The notes below the pieces were generated by a model, which saw nothing but the letters and a program-made list of their open reading frames with translations, did no database searches and was not told where the DNA came from. Made by a program: the position numbers and the translations under genes. DNA of 64,000 nt from Candidatus Aenigmatarchaeota archaeon. GTDB taxonomy: Archaea; Aenigmatarchaeota; Aenigmatarchaeia; GW2011-AR5. Positions within the stretch are counted from its first letter, which is position 1, and each line of letters starts with the position of its first letter. The stretch is taken from assembly GCA_016187335.1 (NCBI GenBank), contig JACPJW010000001.1:743143-807142 (forward strand). The letters run 5' to 3'. This document shows, one piece after another, positions 38,740-49,458 of the stretch.

Positions 38740-41655
38740 CTACCATCTCAGCGTTTTTTGCCACGCTTCTTTCAGCTCGTGCACAGGCAAATATGCTATA
38801 TTCTTATTTCCGGAATATATCTCCAGATTGTTTCCGCCTACGTAACCGATTAATCTCGCGTTTCTTCCTAAAACAGATTCAAATCTCTGTGCGCGCTGCT
38901 CAGGAACTTCGACAACAAAACGGGAGTTCGATTCGGAAAACAGAACATAATCGTTTCTGGGAATTGCGCCTGCGATGTTGTCCAGATACACCCGCATTCC
39001 GTAACCACCGGCAAAGGCCATTTCAGCCAAAGCAACGCCAAGCCCGCCATCAGAACAATCATGGCATGAAGCAACGTAACCCCTGCTTATTGCTTGGTTG
39101 AGCGCTCTATAGGTTTTTCTGGCTTTAGCTGCGTCCACCTTAGGAATATTGTTGCCGATCCATGCCTCGCCTTTACGGGAGCCCATCATCGCGAAGTATT
39201 CAGACCCGCCTAATTCAGGATAAGTACCACCAACAACGTAAACCAGATTTCCAGGGCGCTTTGCATCCATTGTGACCGCTTTTCTTATGTCAGGTATTAC
39301 TCCACCTGAAGAGATGAGCAATGTCGGCGGAACAGAAATTCTTATGCCGGTTTCTTTGTCAAAATAATCGTTGAACATGCTGTCCTTTCCTGAAATAAAA
39401 GGCGTGCCAAAGGCAACGGAGTAGTCATGACATGCCTTTCCCGCCCTGACAAGCTGCGCAAGCCTGTATGCGTCATCAGATGATGACCAGCAGAAATTGT
39501 CAAGCAGCCATATTCTTTCAGGAGTTGCACCAGCCGCAACAGCGTTCCTTATTGCCTCGTCAATATTAGATGCAGCCATATGATACGTGTCAACTAGTCC
39601 GTAATTGGCATTGATGCCGTGAGCAACCACCAAACCGCGGAACGACATTTTTCTCTGCATTTCCAGCGGCCAGATAACAGCAGCGTCGCTCGGTCCGTCG
39701 TTGGCTGCGCCGGTGAAAGGCTTGACAACTGTCTGTGCCTGCACTTCATGGTCATACATCCTCACGGTTGATTCCTTGCTTGCAATATTATGTCTTCCTA
39801 GAATTTCCAGCAATGCATAATCAATATCAGGCTCGGGAAAATCGGGCTCTTCATAACAGGGCTGTTGCCATTTTGCGCGAAGACGTTTTTTGGGAACGCC
39901 GTTATGCAGGAAATCCATCTCAAGTTTTGTCGCAAGCCTTCTGTCAAATGTAACTTCGAAATAACCGGTGTCCGTAAACTCGCCGATGACAGTTGCTTCC
40001 ACTCCATACCTGCGCGCCAGCGAGCGGAACTCATCAATCTTGCTCGGATGGACAGCAAGCGTCATCCTGTTCTGCGACTCACTGAGTAATATCTCCCATG
40101 GCTTCATTCCAGCGTATTTCAGCGGCACCTTGTCTAAATAAAGTCTGGCGCCGCCGCTCTCTTTTGCCATTTCGCCTACGGAACACGACAAGCCGCCGGC
40201 GCCGTTGTCCCCTATACTTTTGTATAATCCCCTGTCACGCGCTGCAAGAAGGAAATCAAACTCGTTTTTCTGCACGATAGGCTCGTCAAGCTGCACTGCT
40301 GTTGCAGGCGATCCTTTATGCAAAGCTTCAGAAGAAAATGTTGCGCCGTGTATGCCGTCCTTCCCTGTCCTGCCGCCGACAAGAATTATTTTATTCCCCC
40401 CATCCGCTTTTTTCACATGCGTCGGTCTTCCGTTGATTTGCGCAGGCATGATTCCCTCCGAGCGGACATAAACCAGAGGCTTGCCCATGTAACTGATTAT
40501 TGTTTCCTTTCCTGAAAGGGTTTCAACAACAGATCCATGCGGATAAGAATCAAACCTTATCGAGCCGTTAACAGTCGGAATACCGCATTTGTTTCCGCCG
40601 TCACGCACGCCGCTCCTGACACCGGTGAAGGTGCGTCTTGGATGGAATATTCTGGGCGGCAGAGGTCCAGAATAATCAGGCGGCGCAAAGCAGAATATAT
40701 CCGCGCGTGCGATTTCTCTTGCCCCAAGTCCTGCAGCCATTGTGTCACGTGCAACGCCGTTGACGCCTGTGATTGCCCCTCCGTAAGGGTCCAGAGCAGA
40801 AGGAGAATTATGAGTTTCGGCCTTGTCAGCCACATGAAATTCATTATCGAATTTTACTATGCCCGCGTTGTCGCTGAACACGGAAACCAGCCAGTCCAGT
40901 CCCCGTCTTTGTAATTCATCAGTTGCGCCGCGTATGTAGGTTGCGAATAAAGAATTTATTGTTTCTACGGCTCCGTTTTCTTCATATTCTATGACAGCGC
41001 GGAAAATGTTGTGCTTGCAGTGTTCGCTCCATGTCTGCGCTAGTGATTCTATTTCAGCATCAGTGTAAATATCACGATGAGCCTGTATTGCTCTCATGAA
41101 TTCAAGGTCGAGCGCAAGGTTTCTTTCCCTGCTTATCTGCATCAATCCTTCACCGCTTACGCCAAGGTCTATGTATTCGATTACTGGTGCTTCTGTGAGG
41201 CGGACAACTGGAAGATAGATGCCCATGCCTTCGCGTGGAATCCACTCACTTCTTTTTTTTACATGCATGCGATGTATCAGCGGGTTGTAAAGATGATGAC
41301 CGCCGGCTATACCCGCAGCTTCTTCCTCACTGACGCCTTTGACAAAATACAGCCTTGACGTATAAACAGGATGATTTTTTCCTATAACATCAGCCATTGC
41401 AGAGCTTGCAGTATTGCCTACATTGTCGGTGACGCCCGGCCAGAATCCGATTTCTACTGCATAGTCCCAGTCAAAATCATTCCCTAAAGGCGTCAAAGAA
41501 AACCTTTGCATCACGGGGTCGGTAAAAAGTTCCCTACCAAGCTTTTGCGCTTCTGTTTCGTTTATCCCGTCTAATGTGTAAACATCCGCCGTAAGGACAT
41601 CAGCATCTCTCACTCTTTTGCTCGTGGCATCAGAAACTTCTATGCGCACAGCCAT
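38740..41655 (-). CDS. purL: FGAM synthase PurL with N-terminal PurS-like extension
   Basis: WSEHCKH, ETHNSPS, GAGG, SESQ, ISGKDS, HDCSDGG. Confidence 0.95.
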   Translation of the reverse strand: MAVRIEVSDATSKRVRDADVLTADVYTLDGINETEAQKLGRELFTDPVMQRFSLTPLGNDFDWDYAVEIGFWPGVTDNVGNTASSAMADVIGKNHPVYTSRLYFVKGVSEEEAAGIAGGHHLYNPLIHRMHVKKRSEWIPREGMGIYLPVVRLTEAPVIEYIDLGVSGEGLMQISRERNLALDLEFMRAIQAHRDIYTDAEIESLAQTWSEHCKHNIFRAVIEYEENGAVETINSLFATYIRGATDELQRRGLDWLVSVFSDNAGIVKFDNEFHVADKAETHNSPSALDPYGGAITGVNGVARDTMAAGLGAREIARADIFCFAPPDYSGPLPPRIFHPRRTFTGVRSGVRDGGNKCGIPTVNGSIRFDSYPHGSVVETLSGKETIISYMGKPLVYVRSEGIMPAQINGRPTHVKKADGGNKIILVGGRTGKDGIHGATFSSEALHKGSPATAVQLDEPIVQKNEFDFLLAARDRGLYKSIGDNGAGGLSCSVGEMAKESGGARLYLDKVPLKYAGMKPWEILLSESQNRMTLAVHPSKIDEFRSLARRYGVEATVIGEFTDTGYFEVTFDRRLATKLEMDFLHNGVPKKRLRAKWQQPCYEEPDFPEPDIDYALLEILGRHNIASKESTVRMYDHEVQAQTVVKPFTGAANDGPSDAAVIWPLEMQRKMSFRGLVVAHGINANYGLVDTYHMAASNIDEAIRNAVAAGATPERIWLLDNFCWSSSDDAYRLAQLVRAGKACHDYSVAFGTPFISGKDSMFNDYFDKETGIRISVPPTLLISSGGVIPDIRKAVTMDAKRPGNLVYVVGGTYPELGGSEYFAMMGSRKGEAWIGNNIPKVDAAKARKTYRALNQAISRGYVASCHDCSDGGLGVALAEMAFAGGYGMRVYLDNIAGAIPRNDYVLFSESNSRFVVEVPEQRAQRFESVLGRNARLIGYVGGNNLEIYSGNKNIAYLPVHELKEAWQKTLRW

Positions 41656-41716
41656 TGCGTAAACTAACCCGCAAAAATATAAAAGCAGAACCAGTAAAGC
41701 GTTTAGTTTATTTTGT

Positions 41717-42610
41717 TTAAATAGAAGACGTTAAGACTCCTTCCATCGAATATCCGCCGTAAGGAAGTTCTCTCCACACTTTGTCTTCCTGAAGCATGAA
41801 TACTGTTGAATCGTCGACTGCAATGCGCCCCGAAGCTACTAATTCCATGGCTTTCACAAAAGCCGGACCGTCGCAGTTCCACTTCATCCATTCCTGCAAT
41901 TCCGGAGCCTTTTCAGGACCTACATCAGCAATAACTGGAGGCGACCTCACTATTATCGATCCTTCATCAACATTCCTTGTTGCTATATGTATCGAAGACC
42001 TCAGCAATATTTCGTTTGCCAAAAGCGCATCGCGTACTGCGTCAGCACCCTTGAATTTCCTTTGAAGGTTGTCTGCCGCTCTTAATGTTGCAACATCTTT
42101 TGTTTTCATATCGCCGGCATTTATTCTTTTCACATATTGTCCGGACAAAACAGCAAGGTCAGCGGGGTGGACGTTAAATACGTGGTTGTCATACAATCCT
42201 GATCCCCACTCTCTGCCGTTTTTATCGGTTTCTCTTACGAAAGGATATCTGAGAATCTTCATCAGGCCTGAAAGAACCACAAAATCCGGGTCGAAGCGCC
42301 CTTCTATAAGATCTAAAACATAACCCCAATAACCATATTTCGAATATTGATTTTTCGGATCTAGTCCATGTTCAGCAAAATATTCTTCAGGCTCCTGGAA
42401 CCTGACAACCGGCATGTGAGGTTTTAAATGTTCTATGCCGCTAGCTTCGGGATTGTGGGTCGCTGCAACTACAAACTGGTAAAGCTTGCCGTGGTTAGGG
42501 TCGTTGAGCATATATCTTATCGAGCTCGCCCCGCCGCTGAACAGCCCGGCAACGTACATCGGCCTTTGGAGTTTCTGCGCAGGAAAAATAGGTTGCATTT
42601 CTTTTTGCAT
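41717..42610 (-). CDS. Divergent PurN-like formyltransferase
   Basis: LFSGGAS, LSGLMKI, NVHPADL, VDEG; within purine cluster. Confidence 0.75.
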   Translation of the reverse strand: MQKEMQPIFPAQKLQRPMYVAGLFSGGASSIRYMLNDPNHGKLYQFVVAATHNPEASGIEHLKPHMPVVRFQEPEEYFAEHGLDPKNQYSKYGYWGYVLDLIEGRFDPDFVVLSGLMKILRYPFVRETDKNGREWGSGLYDNHVFNVHPADLAVLSGQYVKRINAGDMKTKDVATLRAADNLQRKFKGADAVRDALLANEILLRSSIHIATRNVDEGSIIVRSPPVIADVGPEKAPELQEWMKWNCDGPAFVKAMELVASGRIAVDDSTVFMLQEDKVWRELPYGGYSMEGVLTSSI

Positions 42611-42737
42611 TTTTTTGTTATCACTAATGTCTTTTTAAGATTAAGAAATTGCGGCGAAGCGTAATTTATCTGTAATTGAAAAGTGATTTGTCGAATCCCG
42701 AAAGAAGCGTAAAAAAGGTTTCTGTGAAAATGATAGC

Positions 42738-44105
42738 ATGAACGTTCTTGTTGTGGGTTCCGGCGGGCGCGAGCATTCTATTGTTTGGAAGCTTCTGCAG
42801 GAGCTTGGAAAATCCGATACAATTTACGTTGCCCCAGGAAACGGAGGAACAAAGATCTTAGGAATGGACTTGAACAGGGCTCGCTTAGGAACGGATTTGG
42901 ACAAAGCTTGCGTCGTTAATGTCCCTATAAAATCCGATGACCTGAAACATCTGACTTACTTTGCCAGGAATAATGACGTGGACTTGACCATCGTCGGGCC
43001 TGAAGCGCCCCTCGCCGCGGGAATTGTTGACGCTTTTAGTTATCAGGGGCTGAACATATTCGGTCCTACAAAAATCGAGGCGAGGATAGAGTCAAGCAAG
43101 TCTTCTACGATGAGGTTGGCTTCGAGACTCAAAGTCCCTATACCGGAATACATGGTTGCTGAAGACCGCGATATTGCAATGAGATGCGGCAGATACTTTC
43201 TTCAAACCGGGAATCAGAGAGGCGTGGTAAAAGCTGACGGCCTTGCTGCCGGGAAGGGCGTCAAAGTTTATTCATCATTTGAAGAATTGGAAAAAGCTGT
43301 TAATGAAATGATGCGCGACGAGGTTTTCGGTTCAGCAGGCAAGAAAGTCATTCTCCAGCGGTTTCTTGAAGGCGAGGAAGCGTCTTTCATCGTCTGGACC
43401 GACGGCAAAAGCGTGGTGCCGCTTATCCCGACGCAGGACCACAAGCGCGCTTATGACGGCGACAAGGGACCTAACACAGGCGGAATGGGCGCTTACACTC
43501 GGCCGAATGCAACGCGCGGTCTGGAACAAAAAATAATGCGCGAAATAATTCATCCTGTGGTAGAAACGCTTCCTAATTACAGGGGAATCCTTTACGCCGG
43601 CTTGATGGTTGTAAACGGACAGCCTTATCTCCTTGAATTCAACTGTCGTTACGGCGACCCTGAGACGCAGGCAGTCATGCCTTTGCTGAAATCATCGCTT
43701 CTCGACATAACAAATGCGTGCATTGACGGCAGGCTTGATCAGGCAAAAATAGAGTGGCATCCCGATGAAGCGCTCTGTGTTGTCCTTGCGACAAAAGGCT
43801 ATCCTGATGATTACAGTGACAATAAAGGAAAAGAAGTTTACGTTCCGGAAAGGCTTCCGGACAACACAATTGTATATCACGCAGGAACTGCGCTCAAAGA
43901 CGGCAAACTGGTCAACTCAGGCGGCAGAGTCCTGAACGTTGTTGGAAAAGGAAAAAATCTCCCGGTGGCGTACACCAACGCTTACCGTGTCATCGGTCAT
44001 GACGGCGTCCATTTTGATAACATGCATTTCAGGAAAGATATCGGGTGGAGAACGTTAGGTAATGATTTTATGGAATCAGTAGGTGTTAGCAAATTCATTT
44101 CCTGA
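42738..44105 (+). CDS. purD: Phosphoribosylamine-glycine ligase
   Basis: GSGGREH, GPEAPL, KADGLAAGKGV, QDHKR, NTGGMG. Confidence 0.96.
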   Translation: MNVLVVGSGGREHSIVWKLLQELGKSDTIYVAPGNGGTKILGMDLNRARLGTDLDKACVVNVPIKSDDLKHLTYFARNNDVDLTIVGPEAPLAAGIVDAFSYQGLNIFGPTKIEARIESSKSSTMRLASRLKVPIPEYMVAEDRDIAMRCGRYFLQTGNQRGVVKADGLAAGKGVKVYSSFEELEKAVNEMMRDEVFGSAGKKVILQRFLEGEEASFIVWTDGKSVVPLIPTQDHKRAYDGDKGPNTGGMGAYTRPNATRGLEQKIMREIIHPVVETLPNYRGILYAGLMVVNGQPYLLEFNCRYGDPETQAVMPLLKSSLLDITNACIDGRLDQAKIEWHPDEALCVVLATKGYPDDYSDNKGKEVYVPERLPDNTIVYHAGTALKDGKLVNSGGRVLNVVGKGKNLPVAYTNAYRVIGHDGVHFDNMHFRKDIGWRTLGNDFMESVGVSKFIS

Positions 44106-44109
44106 AATT

Positions 44110-44328
44110 TTATTCTGGCAGATAATTACGTTCTTTCAAGTCAAGCCTCAAATATTCGCCATCCGAAGTCTGGTAGTAAATTATCGGCTTGTTTTTTAAT
44201 GCTTCTTCGATTATCCTTCGTGGAAGTTCTTCTCTTATCCGTCTGACCGCCAAATCTGGCAATTCGCTGCAGCCGGATAAAGACAACGATGCGGCAGTGA
44301 GCATCATAAGATAAGCCATTTTTCGCAT
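44110..44328 (-). CDS. Small lipoprotein-like protein
   Basis: LSGC lipobox. Confidence 0.6.
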   Translation of the reverse strand: MRKMAYLMMLTAASLSLSGCSELPDLAVRRIREELPRRIIEEALKNKPIIYYQTSDGEYLRLDLKERNYLPE

Positions 44329-44406
44329 TCTGAATCAGAATAATTAAGCAGAAAAACTTTTTACTCTTTCAGGGTTTTATGTATAAAAGCTTTTCTCACG
44401 TAAAAT

Positions 44407-45468
44407 ATGTCAATGGCTCTAGAAAAATTAGAGGGCGCAATGACAGCGCTCGTGACGCCGCTTTCTTATTCTGATACCCGCGCCGTTCACGTTGATTACG
44501 ACGGTCTTGAGAAGCTTGTACATTTTCAGGTGGAAAACGGAATTCACGGAGTCGTTGCGTTGGGAACGACCGGACAGGGCCCTCTTCTGGCTGATATAGA
44601 TGTTGATTTATGGAAAGAAGTTGCCAGATTGGTCGAAGATGGTGTTAGTGAAAGAGTTCCGCTAGTTATAGGCTGTGGCAGCGTTCCTACAATCAAAGCG
44701 GTAAAGCTTACCCATTATGCAAGTGAACTAGATGTTGATGCAACACTTCATGACACTGGCTATAAAATAAAAACTTCACCACAAGGCTTTTTTGAATACT
44801 TCAGAACCGTGGCTGGCGTAAATCCAAACATGCAAGTGATCGTCTACGATGTCCGTAGTAGAGGTCATCCGCCGATAAAACCGGAGACGCGCATCAGGAT
44901 TGCAAAAGAAGTGCCGAACGCACGCATCATAAAAGATGCGTCCGGGTCCGAGGAGGACTGGGTCGAGACAAGACGGCTGGCGGACGAAGCAGGTTTTGAC
45001 GAGCATACTTACAAAATATTGTCAGGCGACGATCCTGCGACACAGAGAATGTGGACGGACCCAAGGATAAGGGCTCGCGGCGTTATTTCTGTCTGGTCTA
45101 ATATGCTGCCGCATGTTTATGCTATGCAGAATGAATTGCTGGATAAAGGAAGATATGAAGAAGCAGGGCGCATTGATGAAGATCTATCAGGGATTAACGG
45201 GATTGTAGGTATGACGGTCAACGGCCAGAATTACAGCAACCCCCAGGTTGTTCAGCACGCCCTTTACATGATGGGAATGATAAAACAACCTTGGCTTGTT
45301 CACCCGCTTTTGGTTCTTCCTAAAGAAGGAAGGGATGAATTAGGCAGAAGACTTGCAAAACTTTATGCAAAAAGGTCTGACTGGTTCGGACCTATAGAAA
45401 GTGCTTTTGGAGTCCGCACCACTGACAAATTAGGCACATATCTCAAGCAGGTCGAAACGACTCTTTGA
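44407..45468 (+). CDS. DapA/DHDPS-family aldolase (divergent)
   Basis: TALVTP, GTTG, IKDASG, LSGDD. Confidence 0.88.
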   Translation: MSMALEKLEGAMTALVTPLSYSDTRAVHVDYDGLEKLVHFQVENGIHGVVALGTTGQGPLLADIDVDLWKEVARLVEDGVSERVPLVIGCGSVPTIKAVKLTHYASELDVDATLHDTGYKIKTSPQGFFEYFRTVAGVNPNMQVIVYDVRSRGHPPIKPETRIRIAKEVPNARIIKDASGSEEDWVETRRLADEAGFDEHTYKILSGDDPATQRMWTDPRIRARGVISVWSNMLPHVYAMQNELLDKGRYEEAGRIDEDLSGINGIVGMTVNGQNYSNPQVVQHALYMMGMIKQPWLVHPLLVLPKEGRDELGRRLAKLYAKRSDWFGPIESAFGVRTTDKLGTYLKQVETTL

Positions 45469-45483
45469 TTCTATCATTTTTCT

Positions 45484-46539
45484 TCACAGCAGCGATTCCG
45501 AGTTCAAGGGATACGCCGTTGTCGCACGGATGTCTTTTGTGCCCAGCACGAACTGCGTGATGCGGTTCAGGCCGATGCCGCATCCCGAGTGCTGGACAGG
45601 ATTTTCCCTGATGAGGTCGAGATACCACTCAAAGTCGCGGATGTCCTTTCCTCTTGCCTTGAGCTTTTTGTACATCTCCGATTTCAACAATTTCTCACGT
45701 AGAATTTCATGGTTCCATTCCCTTTCGGCGGAGCCCACGGCTTCTCCGCTGTTGGGCAGAATAAGGTCAGAGCTGTTCACTACCTTGGGATTGTTTTCGT
45801 TCCTTTTCATGTTGAAGAATTTTATTTCCTCAGGATAGTGCGTTATGAACGTCGGAATGCCGTCCTGGACGATTAACGCTTCGTGGCTGCTTTTCAGGTC
45901 GTCGCCCCACTCAACGCTGACGCCGTTTTCGTTGAGCAGTCCAATGGCTTCCGCATAGGTTACGCGGCGGAAAGGCAGGCTTATTTTTCTCAGGCTATTC
46001 ACGTCGACGCCCAAGAACTGCAGCTCATGCTTCCTGTAATGCACTGCGCGCTGTATCATTGAGTGAACGGTGTTTTCTATATGGACAAGAAGTTCGTCAA
46101 AACCGCCGGGAAACTCGAATTCAACAAGAGAAAATTCGGCAAGGTGCCTTGCGTCCGCCGCCGGCTCTGCGCGGAAGCTCGGGCCGATGCAGAACACGTT
46201 GCCCAGAGAAGGTATCAGAGCCTCAAGGTAAAGCTGGCCCGTCTGCACAAGATACGCTTCCTCGCCGAAATAATCCAGCCCGAAAAGCGTGTCTATGTTC
46301 TCGCAGCTGCCTGTTATCCGGGTTATGTGCGGAACAATCACTTCCGTGAAGCCGTGCGCGTCAAAATACTGCCTTGCGCCTTTCAGCAGCTCGGCTTCAA
46401 TGCTCACCACTGCTGCCAGCTCTGCTGACGTCAGGACTGCAGAGCGGTTTTTTGTCTGGTTCAGCTTTTCCATGTTTCCGCTTTCAAGAAAAGTGAACGT
46501 GGACTTGTCTAGTCTTGCTTCTTCAATAATATTTTCCAT
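45484..46539 (-). CDS. Truncated AsnRS paralog (archaeal asparagine synthetase-like)
   Basis: Class II motifs FRAE, RHLAEF, GSAERE, GIGLNR; no anticodon-binding domain. Confidence 0.82.
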   Translation of the reverse strand: MENIIEEARLDKSTFTFLESGNMEKLNQTKNRSAVLTSAELAAVVSIEAELLKGARQYFDAHGFTEVIVPHITRITGSCENIDTLFGLDYFGEEAYLVQTGQLYLEALIPSLGNVFCIGPSFRAEPAADARHLAEFSLVEFEFPGGFDELLVHIENTVHSMIQRAVHYRKHELQFLGVDVNSLRKISLPFRRVTYAEAIGLLNENGVSVEWGDDLKSSHEALIVQDGIPTFITHYPEEIKFFNMKRNENNPKVVNSSDLILPNSGEAVGSAEREWNHEILREKLLKSEMYKKLKARGKDIRDFEWYLDLIRENPVQHSGCGIGLNRITQFVLGTKDIRATTAYPLNSESLL

Positions 46540-46553
46540 TTGAAAACCTCCAA

Positions 46554-46583
46554 GCAACTTTTTCACAAAAAGTTGCATCAAAA
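46554..46583 (+). repeat. Dispersed palindromic repeat
   Basis: GCAACTTTTTCACAAAAAGTTGCATCAAAA. Confidence 0.7.
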
Positions 46584-46666
46584 ATTTCTGGAGGGAGAAT
46601 CAGACCCTCTCTTACATTGTCCGGGCGGCTTTATAAAGATTTTTGGTTTTCTTCTAACCGGTCGAT

Positions 46667-47071
46667 ATGGCACCAAAGCTGATGCGCTACGTTGCGGCAG
46701 GAGTTGCTTTTGCATTTCTAGCCGGATTTGGAGCCGGTTATAAATTCACAGACACCAGACGCAGGGCTGAAATAGAGAACTTGACCCACGACCTTCAGAT
46801 GCGGGAATACCTTTTCCGTGAAGCAGAAGAAAGGGCCAATAAGCTCAGCAATAGCATTCTTCCTGCGCGCTTCGTTGAGGCAAAGACACAACTCCCTAAA
46901 GAAGAAATTCTTAGGAGGGTTGAGAAGTACAACAGGGAAGACCCGGAATACTCCTTATCAGCATTTTTCTACGGCAGTACTCTTGGTGGTTTTTTTGTTG
47001 TACCAAAAGAGCCCGGGGTTGGGTATCAGAAAAAAAGAATTGAAGAAGATACTAAAAAACTTTCAAGATAA
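46667..47071 (+). CDS. Hypothetical membrane-anchored protein
   Basis: N-terminal TM. Confidence 0.6.
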   Translation: MAPKLMRYVAAGVAFAFLAGFGAGYKFTDTRRRAEIENLTHDLQMREYLFREAEERANKLSNSILPARFVEAKTQLPKEEILRRVEKYNREDPEYSLSAFFYGSTLGGFFVVPKEPGVGYQKKRIEEDTKKLSR

Positions 47072-47075
47072 GGAA

Positions 47076-48254
47076 TTATTTCAGAAAGGCAGTCAGCTTC
47101 TTCTGTGTGAACATGTTCCTGAGCATCGTGCTTCTCCTGATCCATGTCTGCATCTTTATGCGCATGCGGCTGTTTATGTGGTTCAGCGCCGAAAGCATGC
47201 TGTCGAATATTGTTGGTTTCTGCTGCAAAGCATCGCGCATACATTGTCTCACGTTCCAAACACCGAGAGGCACATAGCCCTCGTAGCATTCCCTGAACAC
47301 AACCGCGCCTGCCTGTCTTCTCTCCTCAGCAAGCTTCTCCGCTATGGCAAAGCGCGCGGAATAGTAGCATCCTCCGATCTGCGCATAGCCGCGCTTGCCG
47401 CTGTGCGGCTCCCAGTCGCCGAAGATTTCCAGTTTATCGCCGATTATCTGGGGAAAGAACGCCTCCATGGTCTCGTACTGCCAGTGCGTCGGCGCCAGCA
47501 ATATCATGAACTTGTTCTGCAGGTGCTCTGTTTCATAAACGCGGTATTCATTTATCGTTGGCTGCTGCTTAACGTCTTCCAGCAGATGCAAGCCAAGCAT
47601 GTCATCAACAGCAGTGATGGACCAGCGCGTCGGCACGAGCTTCCTGTTTTCTTCCAGTCCGAAAGCGCCCGTGCTGAAGGCTTTCTGGATCGCGGAGAAG
47701 AAAACGCCCTTTTCATATAGCGTTATGACAGCGTCCCTTGAAAGCAGGTCGGTATCATAATAAGCCTTTTCCATATGCGGCACGAACTTTGCCGCATCAA
47801 CCTTCATTTCCTTGAGCGGTGCGCTGGGGCCAAAAGGCTGCATTTCTTCGTGGACAAACCTGCCGCGCGGCTTCTTCTTGAACTGCGCATCAATCTCAAC
47901 GGATTTTTTGGCTAAAGCAATCTCCTGCAGAAGCGAAATCATTCTGCTTCTGTCCTTGATGTTCACAGGCTCCTTGCCGCGGATCAGCGTGAGGCGAAAA
48001 TCTATGATTTCTCCTTGCGTCTTATTTCCTATCCATCGCTCGGGCGTGTCCATTATGGCCGTGTCGCCCTGCATTGGCGGGACAAGGGGGCCCACATGAA
48101 CGCGGGGGTATCCCTCGCGGCCAATAAAGACAGAAGGAGGGCTTGAGCCTTCTATGTGATCGCTCGGCACAGTAATTGTCCTGAAAGGAAACCTGTAATA
48201 CAAGCGCTCCAGATAACGCAGCTTGCCCTTGAACATAAAACCACACGCCATCAT
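47076..48254 (-). CDS. nreA: Nre-family archaeal DNA repair protein
   Basis: GSSPPSVFIG, LVPTRWSITAVD, GVWNVR, C-terminal PIP box QKKLTAF. Confidence 0.9.
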   Translation of the reverse strand: MMACGFMFKGKLRYLERLYYRFPFRTITVPSDHIEGSSPPSVFIGREGYPRVHVGPLVPPMQGDTAIMDTPERWIGNKTQGEIIDFRLTLIRGKEPVNIKDRSRMISLLQEIALAKKSVEIDAQFKKKPRGRFVHEEMQPFGPSAPLKEMKVDAAKFVPHMEKAYYDTDLLSRDAVITLYEKGVFFSAIQKAFSTGAFGLEENRKLVPTRWSITAVDDMLGLHLLEDVKQQPTINEYRVYETEHLQNKFMILLAPTHWQYETMEAFFPQIIGDKLEIFGDWEPHSGKRGYAQIGGCYYSARFAIAEKLAEERRQAGAVVFRECYEGYVPLGVWNVRQCMRDALQQKPTIFDSMLSALNHINSRMRIKMQTWIRRSTMLRNMFTQKKLTAFLK

Positions 48255-48328
48255 AAATTATGGCGCGGGAGTTTATTAGGATTTATGAAGAGAAGAAGAT
48301 ATACCATACCTAAGCGTGAAGTGATTCA

Positions 48329-48730
48329 ATGCAGTTCCGTGCAAACCATTCCCAGAAAGGCTACCCTTCTAAAAAAGGCGCCGCAAGGATGACACTGGCG
48401 TCGCACGCGAAAAAGTTGCACAACATAGCGCTTTACCGTCCCTCCGGCAAAGAAGATATCAGGGAAGCTGCGGCGCTCCGGGACTTAATCAAGCAGTATG
48501 GAGGATTTGTCCGATATGTCGGCGACCTCAGATACCATAAGCCCAAGCTCCGAAGCCTTGCCGAGATAGGCATTTCAATCGGCAGAAGTCAGCATTATTT
48601 TGCCGGGCTTTCCAGGGCGGGCGTGTATCCGCTTACAGAAGATATTTGCAAGATCGCCGACTCTCTCGGAATGAGCATGCGGGATTTCTCGGAAGGATAC
48701 AGGTCGGCTTGTTGCAAGAAAACGGCTTAA
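48329..48730 (+). CDS. Hypothetical protein
   Basis: 133-aa ORF; start uncertain. Confidence 0.45.
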   Translation: MQFRANHSQKGYPSKKGAARMTLASHAKKLHNIALYRPSGKEDIREAAALRDLIKQYGGFVRYVGDLRYHKPKLRSLAEIGISIGRSQHYFAGLSRAGVYPLTEDICKIADSLGMSMRDFSEGYRSACCKKTA

Positions 48731-48909
48731 CTGCTACGCTACAAAAAAGGCAAGTTCTTTTCCAGAGGCAAGTTAGCCAACTCCATTGGCTATGCGACCT
48801 TTGACGTAATCGAACGTTATGTGAGAAATCAGGAGAAACATCATCAGATTTCTTTGCATTCTTTCTAAATCACAGGGAGATGCGGGCTTTAGCCCGCAGA
48901 GGAAGTCAC
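48731..48909 (+). mobile_element. IS200 TnpA C-terminal relic plus right end
   Basis: RYKKGKFFSRG..SIG..IERYVRNQ; hairpin TGCGGGC-TTTA-GCCCGCA, ending TCAC. Confidence 0.75.
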
Positions 48910-49150
48910 ATTAATGATTTTTTGGATAATTACCAATACGATTTCGTTTAAATCGTATTGACGCTGCGGAACCCCCGAAACTTGGCCATTTAAGGGTGTA
49001 TGGCGGCGATGTAGAATCATAATCCCCGTCGAATAGACCTTTATAAGGTCCGTCCTCTTCCAGGCGGCTTGTTAAAACCAAATTTCTGCGTAGCATGGTG
49101 TCACCAAACATATTTTCATCTTCAAATATTTTAAAAATTACTGTTCAGAC

Positions 49151-49387
49151 TTATTTCCACCCGCTGAAGCATTCTTCTATGTCCGACGGGTCATATTTAA
49201 TATCCTTTATTTTCACGTACCATATCATCGCTTTACTGGGATTCAAAGGGTCTTCAACTATTATGGTTTCTACTTCATAAATGCCCATAGGCTTTCCCGT
49301 CTTGAATTGAACGTAGCGTATTTGCTTTAGGACTTCTACATCCCCGCTTTTCCACAAGTCTTGCTGTATTTCCTTCAGTTTGGGCAT
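49151..49387 (-). CDS. Hypothetical protein
   Basis: 78-aa ORF. Confidence 0.5.
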   Translation of the reverse strand: MPKLKEIQQDLWKSGDVEVLKQIRYVQFKTGKPMGIYEVETIIVEDPLNPSKAMIWYVKIKDIKYDPSDIEECFSGWK

Positions 49388-49458
49388 GAGATTCCAGACA
49401 TTTCAAACAATTTAACGCAGCGTCAAAGAAAAAACGTAATTTTCTCGTAATTCATGCG

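Noticed and set aside
40490-40545. In-frame purL insertion with a small hairpin as a second mRNA intron
   Set aside because: The frame is intact and I could not build a convincing BHB.
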